Source: Nitrospinales bacterium
GTDB lineage: Bacteria; Nitrospinota; Nitrospinia; Nitrospinales; VA-1
DNA: 64,000 nt
Reading direction: 5' to 3'
NCBI GenBank assembly: GCA_965223345.1
Contig: CBDCWG010000012.1
Coordinates: 2,592,001-2,656,000 of the forward strand
The notes under the pieces are model-generated. The model saw nothing but the letters and a program-made list of their open reading frames with translations. It was not told where the DNA came from and made no database searches. Numbering within the stretch: the first letter of the stretch is position 1; every line of letters starts with the position of its first letter. The translations under genes were made by a program, and so were the position numbers. Of this stretch, positions 48,120 to 57,741 are shown in pieces.

Positions 48120-49259
48120 ATGGATTCTTTGCACGCACGACTGCAAAAAGAGCTGGACCGGCTGCGCCGGGAGAACCTGGAGCGTAAGGTGGCCGTGCAC
48201 GGCGGGGTGCAGCTGAACCTGTCCGCCAACGACTACCTGAACCTGCGTTCGCACCCGGATGTGATCGCCGCGGCGCAGCGGACGGCCGAGCGCTACGGCA
48301 CCGGCAGCGGCGCCTCTCCCCTGCTCTCGGGATTTCTGCCCTGCCACCGCGATCTGCTGGAACGGCTGAAGCAATGGAAGGGCAAGCCGCACGGGATGTT
48401 GTTCAACAGCGGGTTTCTCGCCAATCAGGCCCTCATGCACCACCTGCCGGGGAAAACCGATCTGGTGCTGGCGGACAAGCTCGTCCACCATTCGATCGTG
48501 CAGGCGCTGATGCGCGGGCAGGCCAAATTCAAACGCTACCGGCACCTGGATCTCGATCACCTTGAGAAGCTATTGGAAGCGGAGCGGGGTCAGTATGAAA
48601 CCGTGTTCGTGGTGACGGAAAGCGTGTTCAGCATGGACGGCGATCATCCGGACCTTGTGCGGCTGGCGGCTCTGAAAGAGAAGTTTGCGTTCACCTGGGT
48701 GCTGGACGAGGCGCACGCCACCGGGGTGTTCGGCCCCACCGGCGGCGGTCTGGCTGAAGCGATGGGGGTGCTGGATGCGGTGGACATCCTGGTCGGCACG
48801 CTCGGGAAAGCGCTCGCCAGCATGGGCGCGTACGTTCTGTGTTCCTCGCAGACGCTGACCGATTATCTGACCAACCGCGCCGGGGAGTTCATTTATTCGA
48901 CCTTCCTGGCTCCGGCGCAGGCGGGTGCGGCGCTGGCCGCACTGGACATCGTTCAGGCGGCGGACAAGCAGCGCAAGGACCTCAGAGCGCTGTCACGCTG
49001 GCTGCGCGAGCGGTTGCAGGCACAGGGCTGGCAAACTCCGGACGGGGAATCGCCCATCGTTCCGATCCTGGTGGGGGATGCGGACAAGGCGCTGAGTCTG
49101 CGCGACCGTCTGCTGCAGCAGGGCATCCTCACCGGCGCGGTACGTCCGCCCACGGTGCCCGCGGGAACGGCGCGGCTGCGCGTGTCGCTGCATGCGGGCG
49201 TGTCGCGCGAACAGCTGCAAGGGATGCTCGATCTTCTGGGGAACGGGGACGCCCGATGA
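48120..49259 (+). CDS. bioF: 8-amino-7-oxononanoate synthase
   Basis: SANDYL, G.GSGASPL.SG, TESVFSMDGD, DEAHA.G, GTLGKA, AVRPPTVP.GTARLR. Confidence 0.95.
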   Translation: MDSLHARLQKELDRLRRENLERKVAVHGGVQLNLSANDYLNLRSHPDVIAAAQRTAERYGTGSGASPLLSGFLPCHRDLLERLKQWKGKPHGMLFNSGFLANQALMHHLPGKTDLVLADKLVHHSIVQALMRGQAKFKRYRHLDLDHLEKLLEAERGQYETVFVVTESVFSMDGDHPDLVRLAALKEKFAFTWVLDEAHATGVFGPTGGGLAEAMGVLDAVDILVGTLGKALASMGAYVLCSSQTLTDYLTNRAGEFIYSTFLAPAQAGAALAALDIVQAADKQRKDLRALSRWLRERLQAQGWQTPDGESPIVPILVGDADKALSLRDRLLQQGILTGAVRPPTVPAGTARLRVSLHAGVSREQLQGMLDLLGNGDAR

Positions 49260-49906
49260 TCGTCGCCGCCGTTGCGGGCTGGGCGATTCCCGGCGACTGG
49301 TTCGAAACAATCGTGCGCGATGCGTTTCCCGGCGCGACGGTGCACACATTATTGCCCAAAGACCCCGCCGACGCGCAGGAAGCGAAAGCGTTGTTGCAAT
49401 CGGTGCGCGCCGATCTTTACCTCGGGCATTCGCTCGGCAGCCTGTGGCTTCTCACGCACCGGGCGTTCATGCCTGAAAAAGCCGAGAGAGCGCTGCTGGC
49501 TCCCATCCTCGCATTCTGCCGCGAACGGGATAAGGGTGGCAAAACGGTCGAAACCCAACTAAAATACCTCATCAGGGTGTTGACGCGAAGCCCGGAACAG
49601 CGCTCCCCCCTGCTGGATTTTCATGTGGACTGCGGCGTTGCGTTCACCGCATCCGAAATGAAGTCGCTTCCGGACTCCGCTGTTTTGCTGAACGGTCTGA
49701 AGTTCCTGCAGACCGCCCTGGTTTCTGCAGACGCTGCGACGGGTTTTTACGCCTGCGTGGGGGAGCGGGATCCTTTTCTGGATGCGGACCGCCTGAAACA
49801 ACTCATTCCCGGCCTGGAAGTCCTTCCCGGCGCGGGGCATTCTCCTGTGCCGCTGGTTCTGAGACTGGCGGAACGATGGCATCAATCCGGTCGTCAAACT
49901 CCATGA
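49256..49906 (+). CDS. Alpha/beta hydrolase, putative pimeloyl-ACP methyl ester esterase
   Basis: GW oxyanion motif, GHSLG nucleophile elbow, GERD, GAGH; ATGA-coupled to bioF. Confidence 0.7.
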   Translation: MIVAAVAGWAIPGDWFETIVRDAFPGATVHTLLPKDPADAQEAKALLQSVRADLYLGHSLGSLWLLTHRAFMPEKAERALLAPILAFCRERDKGGKTVETQLKYLIRVLTRSPEQRSPLLDFHVDCGVAFTASEMKSLPDSAVLLNGLKFLQTALVSADAATGFYACVGERDPFLDADRLKQLIPGLEVLPGAGHSPVPLVLRLAERWHQSGRQTP

Positions 49907-52167
49907 AAATTTTCGGCATTGATTTCACCAGTGCGCCGCGCCCCGGCAAGCCGATCACCTGCGCGCACGCGGTGTTCAAAAAGGATTCCGGGCTCACCGT
50001 GGACAAGGTGGAAGCCTGGGAGTCGTTTGCGGAATTCGAAGCGTTTTTGCAGCGCAAGGGAGCCTGGTGGGCGGGCATGGATCTGCCGCTGGGCCTGCCG
50101 GCGGCGTTTCTTAAGGCCGCGTCGCTGCCGGATCAATGGCCGCGCTACGTGCGCGCGGTGGCGCGCCTGAAAAAAGACGGGTTTGAGAAAAAAATCCGGC
50201 AGTTTCAAAAACGCCGCGCCAAAGGGGAGAAGGAACCGCTGCGCCTCACCGATGCCTGGGCCGGTGCGAAAAGCACGCTCAAACTCACCAACCCTCCCGT
50301 CGGCAAGATGTTCTTCGAAGGGACAGGAAGGCTGCTCAAGGCGGGGGTCGCCGTGCTGCCGGTGCACGCGAACACGGACAAACGCATTGTGGTCGAAACC
50401 TACCCTGCCCTGTTGGCGCGCCGCTTTGCGGGCAAGTACAAGCGAGACAACGGGCGCAGTGATGCAGCGGAGGAAAAGCAGCGCAAGGCCATCGTCAAGG
50501 GCCTCCGCTCCGCCGCGTTGCAGGCCGAATTCGGTTTCCCGGTGCGGGTGTCCGCCAAACTCGTTCCGCAGTTGACTGCGGACGGTTCCGGGGATTGTCT
50601 GGATGCGGTGTTGTGTGCGGTGCAGGCGGCTTGGGCGTACCAGAACAAGAAACCGGGCAACCGGATTCCGGGCAGCGGGCATCCGCTGATTCAGACCGAA
50701 GGCTGGATCGTCGATCCGCGCTTGCAGCCGGGTGCTCCGGTTTCTCAGCCGCGCAGGGTCAAAAGCGCGGTGCCGCGGAACGATGCCGCGCAGCCGGAAC
50801 AGTTCAGCCTGATGAAGCAGGTGCAGCGCCTTTCCGACATCGGCCGGGCGCTGTCCGGCGAGCTGCATCTCAATTCGCTGCTGGATGTGATCATGAAGGA
50901 GGCGCGGATACTGACCGGCGCGGACGGCGGCACGCTGTACACGCTTTCCAAGAACGAACTGCATTTTAAAATCGTGCAGAACGACAGCCTCGGCATCCAC
51001 ATGGGCGGCCGCGACGGCGAGAAGATCCCCTTCCCTCCCGTCGAGCTGGATGAATCGAACGTGTCGGCCTACGTGGCGCTGCACGGCGAGCCGGTGCTGA
51101 TCGAGGACGTCTACAATTATGAAAAATTCGATTTTACCGGTCCCAAGAAATTCGACGAACGCGAGAACTACCGCACGCAATCGATGCTGGTGGTGCCGCT
51201 GCGCGACCCGGAGAGCAAGGTGATCGGGGTGTTGCAGCTTTTGAACGCGCGGGACTCGAAAAACCAAGTGGTGCCCTTCTCTCCCGAGAGCCAGAGCCTC
51301 GTGGAATCGCTGGCCTCGCAGGCTTCGGTGGCGATCCGCAACGCGACGCTCGTCAGCGACCTGCAGGGGGCGAACTTCGAGCTCATCCACGCGCGCGACA
51401 AGGCGCTTGAGGCGAGCCGCTCCAAATCCAGCTTCCTCGCCAACATGAGCCACGAGTTGCGGACGCCGATGAACGCGATCATCGGCTACAGCGAGATGCT
51501 CGCCGAGGACGCCAAGGATCAGGGCCTGGATGAATTCGAGTCCGACCTGGAAAAGATCAACACGGCAGGCAAGCACCTGCTGGCGCTCATCAACGATATT
51601 CTGGACCTGTCGAAGATCGAAGCGGGCAAGATGGAGATCAACCTGGAGGTGTTCGACATCGCCGATCTGGTGCAGGAAGTGGTGGCGACGATCCAGCCGC
51701 TGGCGGAAAAAAACGACAACGATCTGATCGTCACCGCGCCGGAAAACCTGGGCAGCATGAACGCGGACATCGTGCGGGTGAAGCAGATGCTGTTCAACCT
51801 CATGAGCAACGCCTGCAAGTTCACGCAGGACGGAACCGTCGAACTGAAGATCCTGCGCGAGAAGCAGGACAACGTGGACTGGATCCGTTTTCACATCTCG
51901 GATACCGGGATCGGCATTTCCCCGTTCGAACTGAAAAAGCTTTTCACCGATTTTGCGCAGATCGACCCTTCCAACACGCGCAAATTCGGCGGCACCGGCC
52001 TGGGGCTGGCGATCAGCCGCCGGTTCTGCCGCATGATGGGGGGCGACATCACGGTGCAGAGCAAGCTGGGGAAAGGGTCCACCTTCACCATTCAGCTTCC
52101 GGCGACGGTGACGCGGCAGATCCACCCCATGCGGCGGGCCTCCGATTTCCGCAAAGAGCCGGTGTGA
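49903..52167 (+). CDS. DUF429 (RNase H-like) - GAF - HisKA - HATPase fusion histidine kinase
   Basis: GIDF, DLPLGLP, VVETYP, D.LDAV, EGWI; GAF (ADGGTLY, YRTQSMLVVPL); SHELRTPMNAI, NLMSNACKFT, DTGIG, GGTGLGL. Confidence 0.85.
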   Translation: MKIFGIDFTSAPRPGKPITCAHAVFKKDSGLTVDKVEAWESFAEFEAFLQRKGAWWAGMDLPLGLPAAFLKAASLPDQWPRYVRAVARLKKDGFEKKIRQFQKRRAKGEKEPLRLTDAWAGAKSTLKLTNPPVGKMFFEGTGRLLKAGVAVLPVHANTDKRIVVETYPALLARRFAGKYKRDNGRSDAAEEKQRKAIVKGLRSAALQAEFGFPVRVSAKLVPQLTADGSGDCLDAVLCAVQAAWAYQNKKPGNRIPGSGHPLIQTEGWIVDPRLQPGAPVSQPRRVKSAVPRNDAAQPEQFSLMKQVQRLSDIGRALSGELHLNSLLDVIMKEARILTGADGGTLYTLSKNELHFKIVQNDSLGIHMGGRDGEKIPFPPVELDESNVSAYVALHGEPVLIEDVYNYEKFDFTGPKKFDERENYRTQSMLVVPLRDPESKVIGVLQLLNARDSKNQVVPFSPESQSLVESLASQASVAIRNATLVSDLQGANFELIHARDKALEASRSKSSFLANMSHELRTPMNAIIGYSEMLAEDAKDQGLDEFESDLEKINTAGKHLLALINDILDLSKIEAGKMEINLEVFDIADLVQEVVATIQPLAEKNDNDLIVTAPENLGSMNADIVRVKQMLFNLMSNACKFTQDGTVELKILREKQDNVDWIRFHISDTGIGISPFELKKLFTDFAQIDPSNTRKFGGTGLGLAISRRFCRMMGGDITVQSKLGKGSTFTIQLPATVTRQIHPMRRASDFRKEPV

Positions 52168-52293
52168 ACGCAAATCCAGCGCTTGCGGAAAGGCTGGGAT
52201 TCGGCCCGAAACTCCGGTACAATCCAACTGTCTGAATACAAACGCGAGGGGACTCCCTCTTGTCAACGAAAAGGCCGGATTGTGCCCACGGAC

Positions 52294-53028
52294 ATGCAGA
52301 GCAAGATCAGCCGGAGTTTTTCCCGCCACGCCGAGCATTACGAGCGGCATGCCGGGCTGCAGCGCATCATGGCGGAAAAACTGGCGGCGTACCTGCCGCA
52401 GCCGCTGCCGCAGCGGATCACCGAAGTGGGTTGCGGGACGGGCCTGTTCACGCGGCATCTGCTGGACCGCAACCCGAAACGCCTGGTTCTCAACGACATC
52501 GCGCCGGGGATGATCGCGTATCTGCAATCGCGGCTCGCGCTGCCGCAGGAAACGCGCATCCTGCCCGGCAATGCGGAGAAAATCGATTTTCCTGCAGCGG
52601 ATCTGATTGCCGGAAACGCGGTGTTCCAGTGGTTCGAAGACGAGCAGACAACGCTTCGGCGTTTTCATGCGGCGCTGGCGCCCGGCGGCCGGATTCTGTT
52701 CAGCACTTTCGGACCCGATACGTTGAAAGAATTCCGCGAAACGGCGGCGATGCAGAGCCCCACCGATCTGCGTTCCCTCAAAGCGTGGGAATCCGCACTG
52801 CGGACGGCGGGGTTTGAAGTCGAGGCGAGCCGGCGCGAGCTGAAGCGGACGCATTATCCGGACACGCTGGCGTTGATACGCACTCTGCAGCAGATGGGCG
52901 CCGCCCCTTTGCGGATGCTGTCCGCCGGCGACCTGCGGCGCAAGATGCGCGCGTTCGATCAGCGCTACGCCATCGACGGCGGCGTTCCCGCAACCTGGGA
53001 GCTGCTGTATCTTTCTGCGGCCCGCTGA
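52294..53028 (+). CDS. bioC: Malonyl-ACP O-methyltransferase BioC-like
   Basis: I..SFSR.A..Y..HA.LQ, EVGCGTG, L.PGG...FSTFGPDTL.E; biotin gene context. Confidence 0.85.
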   Translation: MQSKISRSFSRHAEHYERHAGLQRIMAEKLAAYLPQPLPQRITEVGCGTGLFTRHLLDRNPKRLVLNDIAPGMIAYLQSRLALPQETRILPGNAEKIDFPAADLIAGNAVFQWFEDEQTTLRRFHAALAPGGRILFSTFGPDTLKEFRETAAMQSPTDLRSLKAWESALRTAGFEVEASRRELKRTHYPDTLALIRTLQQMGAAPLRMLSAGDLRRKMRAFDQRYAIDGGVPATWELLYLSAAR

Positions 53029-53093
53029 TTCCTTTCGTTCACGACGGCGGTTCTTCCCGCCGCTGCAACCGCCGATTCATTTCCTTTCTGTTT

Positions 53094-55007
53094 TTGGTTG
53101 AACCCGCCTTGGACCTTTTGAAAAAAAACATCTCCATCCTGAAAAAAAAGCAGCCCGATCTGGCGCGGCAGTTGCGGGCAGTGAGCTCCTCCGGCAGCTA
53201 TGCGGTCGAACCTGCGCGCACCGGTTCACCGGCCCTGTTTTTCCTGTCCTCGGATGGAGGGAAAAAAACGCTGCACAGTTCCTACGACCCGGTCCGGGAA
53301 GCGGTGCGCTTCGTCGAGTCCCTGCCATTGGACGGGGCGCTGCATTTTCTGGCGATGGGGCTGGGGCTGGGCTACCACCTGCTGGAGCTGGTGGAGCGGG
53401 TGGGATCTTCGGCGCGCATTCTCATCGTCGAAAAGAACCTGGAGGTCGTTCACCTGGCGTTTTCGCATCGGGATCTGACCCCGCTTCTCGCGCATCCGGG
53501 TGTGCGCTTTGCGGTGGCGGCAGAGCCCGAAGACGCGCACGCGGTTCTGGGGAAAGAGAAGACGGCCTTCGGTTTGCACGGCCACGTGCCGGTCGAGTTC
53601 AAGCCGCTCGTCGATGTGGAGGCGGACTATTACGCGTCGCTGCGCACCTGTCTCGACAAAACGCTGCGCGAGAGCCGCATGGATCTTGCCACCAAGTCGG
53701 CGTTTTCGAAATCCTTCTACCGCAATCTCATTGCAAACTGGGGGGCGCTGCTTTCCAGTCCCGGTATCACGCAGCTTGCGGACAGCCTGGCCGGTGTGCC
53801 CTGTGTGGTGGTGGCAGCCGGGCCGTCGCTGGATAAAAACGTGGCGCTGCTCAAGTCCGCCGAAGACAAGGCGCTCATCATCACGGTGGCCACCGCGTTG
53901 AAGGCGCTCAAAAACGCGGGCATCCGGCCGGACTTCGTGATGGCCAACGATCCGGACCCCTCGACGCTGCGGGCGTTCGGTGCCGGGCCGCCGGCTGCGG
54001 ACCTGTGGCTGGTGTACGATCCCTGTGTTCCCAAAGACATCGTCGAGAGTTTTGCCGGGCGCAGGCTGACGACGGATTCGGGCGTGGCGCTTTCGCAATG
54101 GCTCAGCAACAACCATTTGCCGCGCGGATCGCTGGGGACCGTGTATTCGGTGGCGCACGCGGCGTTTCTGTTCGCCCGCCATCTGGGCTGCACGCCCGTC
54201 ATCTTCACCGGGCAGGATCTGGCGTTCGACCGCACGCGCCTGCACTGCTCCGGGTCGTTTTACGATCAGGGCCACCGCGACCGGGTCAACGAGATGCAGC
54301 CGGTGCAGATGCTGGAACGGGAAAAATTCCAGGGATTCGCGGATTCGCTCGGCACGCTGAGCGATGTGTTCGGCCATCCCGCCGCGACCACGCTGGCGCT
54401 CGACACCTACCGCAACCGCTTCGCGGAAGCCATCGGCGGCGCGGCCGATGTGATCAACGCGACCGAAGGCGGCATCCCCATTCCCGGCATCCAGAACCTT
54501 TCCCTGCGCGAGGCGTTGACCCGGCATTGCGGGGGATCGGTGCGGCAGCGGAAAAAAGCCTTTCTCAAGCGCATCGCCCCTCCCCCCTGCCCTGCCGCGC
54601 TGATCGCGGCTCTGGAGAATCAGGCGCAACGCTTACGCGGCATTCATGAGAAGGTTCTGGCGCTGCGCAAGGAATTTGCCGGTTCGGGCAATGGTGCGGG
54701 GAAAGGCAGCAAACAGGAATTCGTGCGGCAGGCGGAAGCCCTTTACCGCTTCATGCTCGAAGATGTGGAATCCGTGAAGCTGATGCAGGGCTACCTGTAC
54801 GCCGGGTTCGCGCAGTGGAACCGGGAAAATACGCGCCTGATGCAGAAGGAAAACGACGCGGCTGAGAGCGAGATCCTCAACGGCAAAGCCGACCGCGACC
54901 GGGCCTTTTTGCCAGTGCTGGAAGAGGCTTCGGGTTTTTTAGCCGAGGCGTTCACTGAGATGGCGGAGAAAGGGAAACGGAAAGAGCGGGATGGAGTATC
55001 GAGATAA
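53094..55007 (+). CDS. Motility-associated factor (Maf/DUF115, MptE-like) protein
   Basis: LHSSYDP.REA, G.GLGYH, AAGPSLDKN, GQDLA, INATEGG..I.G. Confidence 0.85.
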   Translation: MVEPALDLLKKNISILKKKQPDLARQLRAVSSSGSYAVEPARTGSPALFFLSSDGGKKTLHSSYDPVREAVRFVESLPLDGALHFLAMGLGLGYHLLELVERVGSSARILIVEKNLEVVHLAFSHRDLTPLLAHPGVRFAVAAEPEDAHAVLGKEKTAFGLHGHVPVEFKPLVDVEADYYASLRTCLDKTLRESRMDLATKSAFSKSFYRNLIANWGALLSSPGITQLADSLAGVPCVVVAAGPSLDKNVALLKSAEDKALIITVATALKALKNAGIRPDFVMANDPDPSTLRAFGAGPPAADLWLVYDPCVPKDIVESFAGRRLTTDSGVALSQWLSNNHLPRGSLGTVYSVAHAAFLFARHLGCTPVIFTGQDLAFDRTRLHCSGSFYDQGHRDRVNEMQPVQMLEREKFQGFADSLGTLSDVFGHPAATTLALDTYRNRFAEAIGGAADVINATEGGIPIPGIQNLSLREALTRHCGGSVRQRKKAFLKRIAPPPCPAALIAALENQAQRLRGIHEKVLALRKEFAGSGNGAGKGSKQEFVRQAEALYRFMLEDVESVKLMQGYLYAGFAQWNRENTRLMQKENDAAESEILNGKADRDRAFLPVLEEASGFLAEAFTEMAEKGKRKERDGVSR

Positions 55008-55020
55008 TGCAAAATGGATT

Positions 55021-55104
55021 CTGTCACCCTGAGCCCTTCGATAAGCTCAGGACAGGCTCTGTCGAAGGTGACTGCATCATGCTTCGACAAGCTCAGCATG
55101 ACAG
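55021..55104. repeat. Composite (nested) palindromic repeat between convergent genes
   Basis: ctgtcaccctgagcccttcgataagctcagg..ctgtcgaaggtgac..tcatgcttcgacaagctcagcatgacag. Confidence 0.8.
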
Positions 55105-55139
55105 TCCTTTGCCTTATCCAATTTTCGAGTCAAAAATTC

Positions 55140-56120
55140 TCATTTCTTCACCGTTTCGAGGAGGCTGGAACCGTGGCTGAGGGTGTGGGTTTTGAACGCG
55201 CCGAAACCGCTGGCCTTGAGCAGCGCTTCGGTTTCCTTGAAGGTGTAGGATTTGCCCGTGGCGGTGAACAGCAGCATGGTGAGCGCGAACATCGCCGCAT
55301 CGTGCGGTTCGGTGCGGTTTCCCTTGAGGAACAGGTCCATCAGGACCAGCCGGCCACCGGGAGCGAGCGCGCGGTGGATTTTTTTGAACAGCTTTTTGTT
55401 CTCCCTGGGGCTGTAGATGTGCAGGATGTTGGAGAACAGCACGGTGTCGTGCCCCTTGCCGTAGTCGGTGTCGAATAGATCCCCTTCTAAAAATTCGATG
55501 CGCTTGAACACGCTGGTTTTGCCCAGAATCTCGCGCGCGACTTCCAGGGTCGCGGGGCGGTCGAGCAGCGTCGCGGTGGCCTTTTTGTCCTTCTGCAATA
55601 TGGCGGCGCTGTAGGAGCCGGGGCCGGAGCCCAGGTCGAGCAGCCGCCCCACCCGCTTGCGCGCGACGGCAGCGGCCACTTTTTGGGCGTAGGGGGCGCT
55701 GCGTTCGTGCATGGCGTGCGTGAACGGGCGGCGGAATTCCGGATCGTCCGGGCCCTCGAACTCGGACCGGTCGCGGCCGTTCTTGATCGTCTTCAGCAGG
55801 CTGGCCCATTCGTCGCGGTTCTGGCCGCGCAGAAACACGATGCCGCGCTTGTAGTGCGGGCTCGTCTCACAAAGATGCTTGTGAGTCTCGGAGGTGTTCT
55901 GGAATTTGTCTTTGGTTTTCCTGAGCGCGCCCATCGAGACGAGCGCGTTGAGCAAGGGTTCTGTGGCTTCGGCGTCGGTGCCGGCTTTTTGCGCCACCGC
56001 TCTGGCGCTGAGTTTCTTTTTATCGAGGATGGAAAAAATCTTCAACTCCAGCGCCGCGAGCAGCACGTTGGCTTCTTCCAACTGGTCGATCTTGTCGATG
56101 ATCTGGTCGAATGTGAGCAT
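55140..56120 (-). CDS. SAM-dependent O-methyltransferase with dimerisation domain
   Basis: AALELKIF..L N-terminal wHTH, LLDLGSGPG, GDLF, SNILH, L.PGG. Confidence 0.9.
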   Translation of the reverse strand: MLTFDQIIDKIDQLEEANVLLAALELKIFSILDKKKLSARAVAQKAGTDAEATEPLLNALVSMGALRKTKDKFQNTSETHKHLCETSPHYKRGIVFLRGQNRDEWASLLKTIKNGRDRSEFEGPDDPEFRRPFTHAMHERSAPYAQKVAAAVARKRVGRLLDLGSGPGSYSAAILQKDKKATATLLDRPATLEVAREILGKTSVFKRIEFLEGDLFDTDYGKGHDTVLFSNILHIYSPRENKKLFKKIHRALAPGGRLVLMDLFLKGNRTEPHDAAMFALTMLLFTATGKSYTFKETEALLKASGFGAFKTHTLSHGSSLLETVKK

Positions 56121-56154
56121 AGGTGTGTGAGGGTGAGTGCGGTCGGTTGCGGCG

Positions 56155-56811
56155 TCACTCCGCGAGCAGGGGCTGGATCATCTTGGCCAGTCCGAGGCCG
56201 GAGCCGAACAGCTTGTGCCGCAGCACGCCCTTTTTGTCGATGATGAGTGTGGACGGGGTGCCCCGGAGCTCGTAGGCTTCGAAAGTTTTGGCGTCGTATT
56301 GTTTTTGCCTGAGGTACGCGGCCACCTGCGCCCGCACCATGTTCTGGTTTTTTTCAGGCAGTGCGTCGAAGTTGTTGATGTCGCGCCGGATGATTTTCTG
56401 CACGTCCTCTTCGTTGATTTCCTCGCTGTTCTTGTCCAGCTTGTCCCAGGCCACGGGAAACGGGATGGGATAGAGCAGCTTGTTGCCGTTCAGCATGTTG
56501 GCGGTGGACAGCGAGGACAGGGTCTCGCCGATCACCTCGCCTTTGTGCACGAGTTTTTTCAGGTTCTCCAGGTTGTTCTTGTCGAAATCCTCGAATGCGG
56601 TGGCGAGCCCCCAGACGGTGAGCGGCTCGTCCTGATAGGTCTGCAAGAGGTCGATGATCTCGGGGATGCCGGCGATGAAACAGCCGGGACAGTTGACTTG
56701 AAACACTTCGATCAGCAGAACCCGGCCCCGCTCCTGTTCGATGCTGGTGGGGTTGCCCTGCACCCATTGATCGACGGTCAGTTCGGGGGCTTTCTCGTTG
56801 ACTTGTGCCAT
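56155..56811 (-). CDS. Thioredoxin-fold redoxin (TlpA-like)
   Basis: APEL.V..WVQG, EVFQVNCPGC, RGTPST.IID..G. Confidence 0.85.
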   Translation of the reverse strand: MAQVNEKAPELTVDQWVQGNPTSIEQERGRVLLIEVFQVNCPGCFIAGIPEIIDLLQTYQDEPLTVWGLATAFEDFDKNNLENLKKLVHKGEVIGETLSSLSTANMLNGNKLLYPIPFPVAWDKLDKNSEEINEEDVQKIIRRDINNFDALPEKNQNMVRAQVAAYLRQKQYDAKTFEAYELRGTPSTLIIDKKGVLRHKLFGSGLGLAKMIQPLLAE

Positions 56812-56853
56812 GACATCATCCGGTGAAAAAAGTGGTGGGCGGGCGCACCGCGA

Positions 56854-57699
56854 TCATCCCGCGGCGTTTGCCGGGTTTTCGATCTGGTTTATCATCTGCT
56901 GGATCAGCGTGCGCACGGAGGCGGGCGGACTGCGCTTCAGGGCCTCGTTGAGGATGTACAGCGCCCGGCTCTTTTCGCCTTTCTGGTTGTGGACCATGCC
57001 AAGCATAACATGGGACATGAAAAATTTGTCCTCTGCCGGATATTTTTTCACGATGGTGTTCCACTGGCGCACGGCCTCGGAATATTTTCTCAGCTTGTAG
57101 TAGGCGGTGGCGAGGCCGAAGTGCAGGTTGTCCTTCAGGGCCCGGGGTGGATTGCGGAGCAAGAGCTGGTTGAATTTTTTGATGCTGCGCTTGTATTGGC
57201 CGTCCCTCAACAGGCGGATCGCCTGGTTGTAGTCGGCGCGGGTGAAGCGGGGCACGGCCGGGACGCGGTAGGCGCTTTTGAGATTTTCCTTGAGCAAACG
57301 CTGTGAGGCCTTTATAAAGGCGATTTCCTGCTTCAGCCGCTGGTTGTTCTTTTCCTCCTCGGCGATTTTTTCGAGGATCTGCGCTTCGATGGCGCTGGTG
57401 CGGCTTGCGTTCCAGCTCATGGCGTGCTCCAGCGCCTGGGTCTGCTGGTACAAGCCCTGTTGTTTCAACACCAGCATGCGCATGTCGTCGGACACGGCGT
57501 CCAGTTCCCGCTGGCGGGCTTTGCGAAATTCCAGCTCTTCCTGCGACGGCGGGATCCAGATGTGCATCTCAACAGTAGAGGTGTCGATCGCCGGTTCCTT
57601 CGGCTCGGGCGCGCCGGCGCAGGCTGTGATCAAAAGGCCCAGCATCGAGGCTTGGAAAACGCAGCGCAATTGAGGTAAAGTAAGTATAGAAGGAATCAT
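56854..57699 (-). CDS. TPR lipoprotein, CpoB/YbgF-like
   Basis: ITAC lipobox, coiled coil, Y.QA..L...G.Y..SI..F and further TPR motifs. Confidence 0.7.
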   Translation of the reverse strand: MIPSILTLPQLRCVFQASMLGLLITACAGAPEPKEPAIDTSTVEMHIWIPPSQEELEFRKARQRELDAVSDDMRMLVLKQQGLYQQTQALEHAMSWNASRTSAIEAQILEKIAEEEKNNQRLKQEIAFIKASQRLLKENLKSAYRVPAVPRFTRADYNQAIRLLRDGQYKRSIKKFNQLLLRNPPRALKDNLHFGLATAYYKLRKYSEAVRQWNTIVKKYPAEDKFFMSHVMLGMVHNQKGEKSRALYILNEALKRSPPASVRTLIQQMINQIENPANAAG

Positions 57700-57741
57700 G
57701 AAGTTTATTTTAAGGCATTAACCTTTATTTATCAAGGTGTT

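Noticed and set aside
55014..55478. ORFs reading LSLSKH / FDKLSMT (also near 8394, 33976, 55099)
   Set aside because: These are translations of the palindromic DNA repeat, not protein domains
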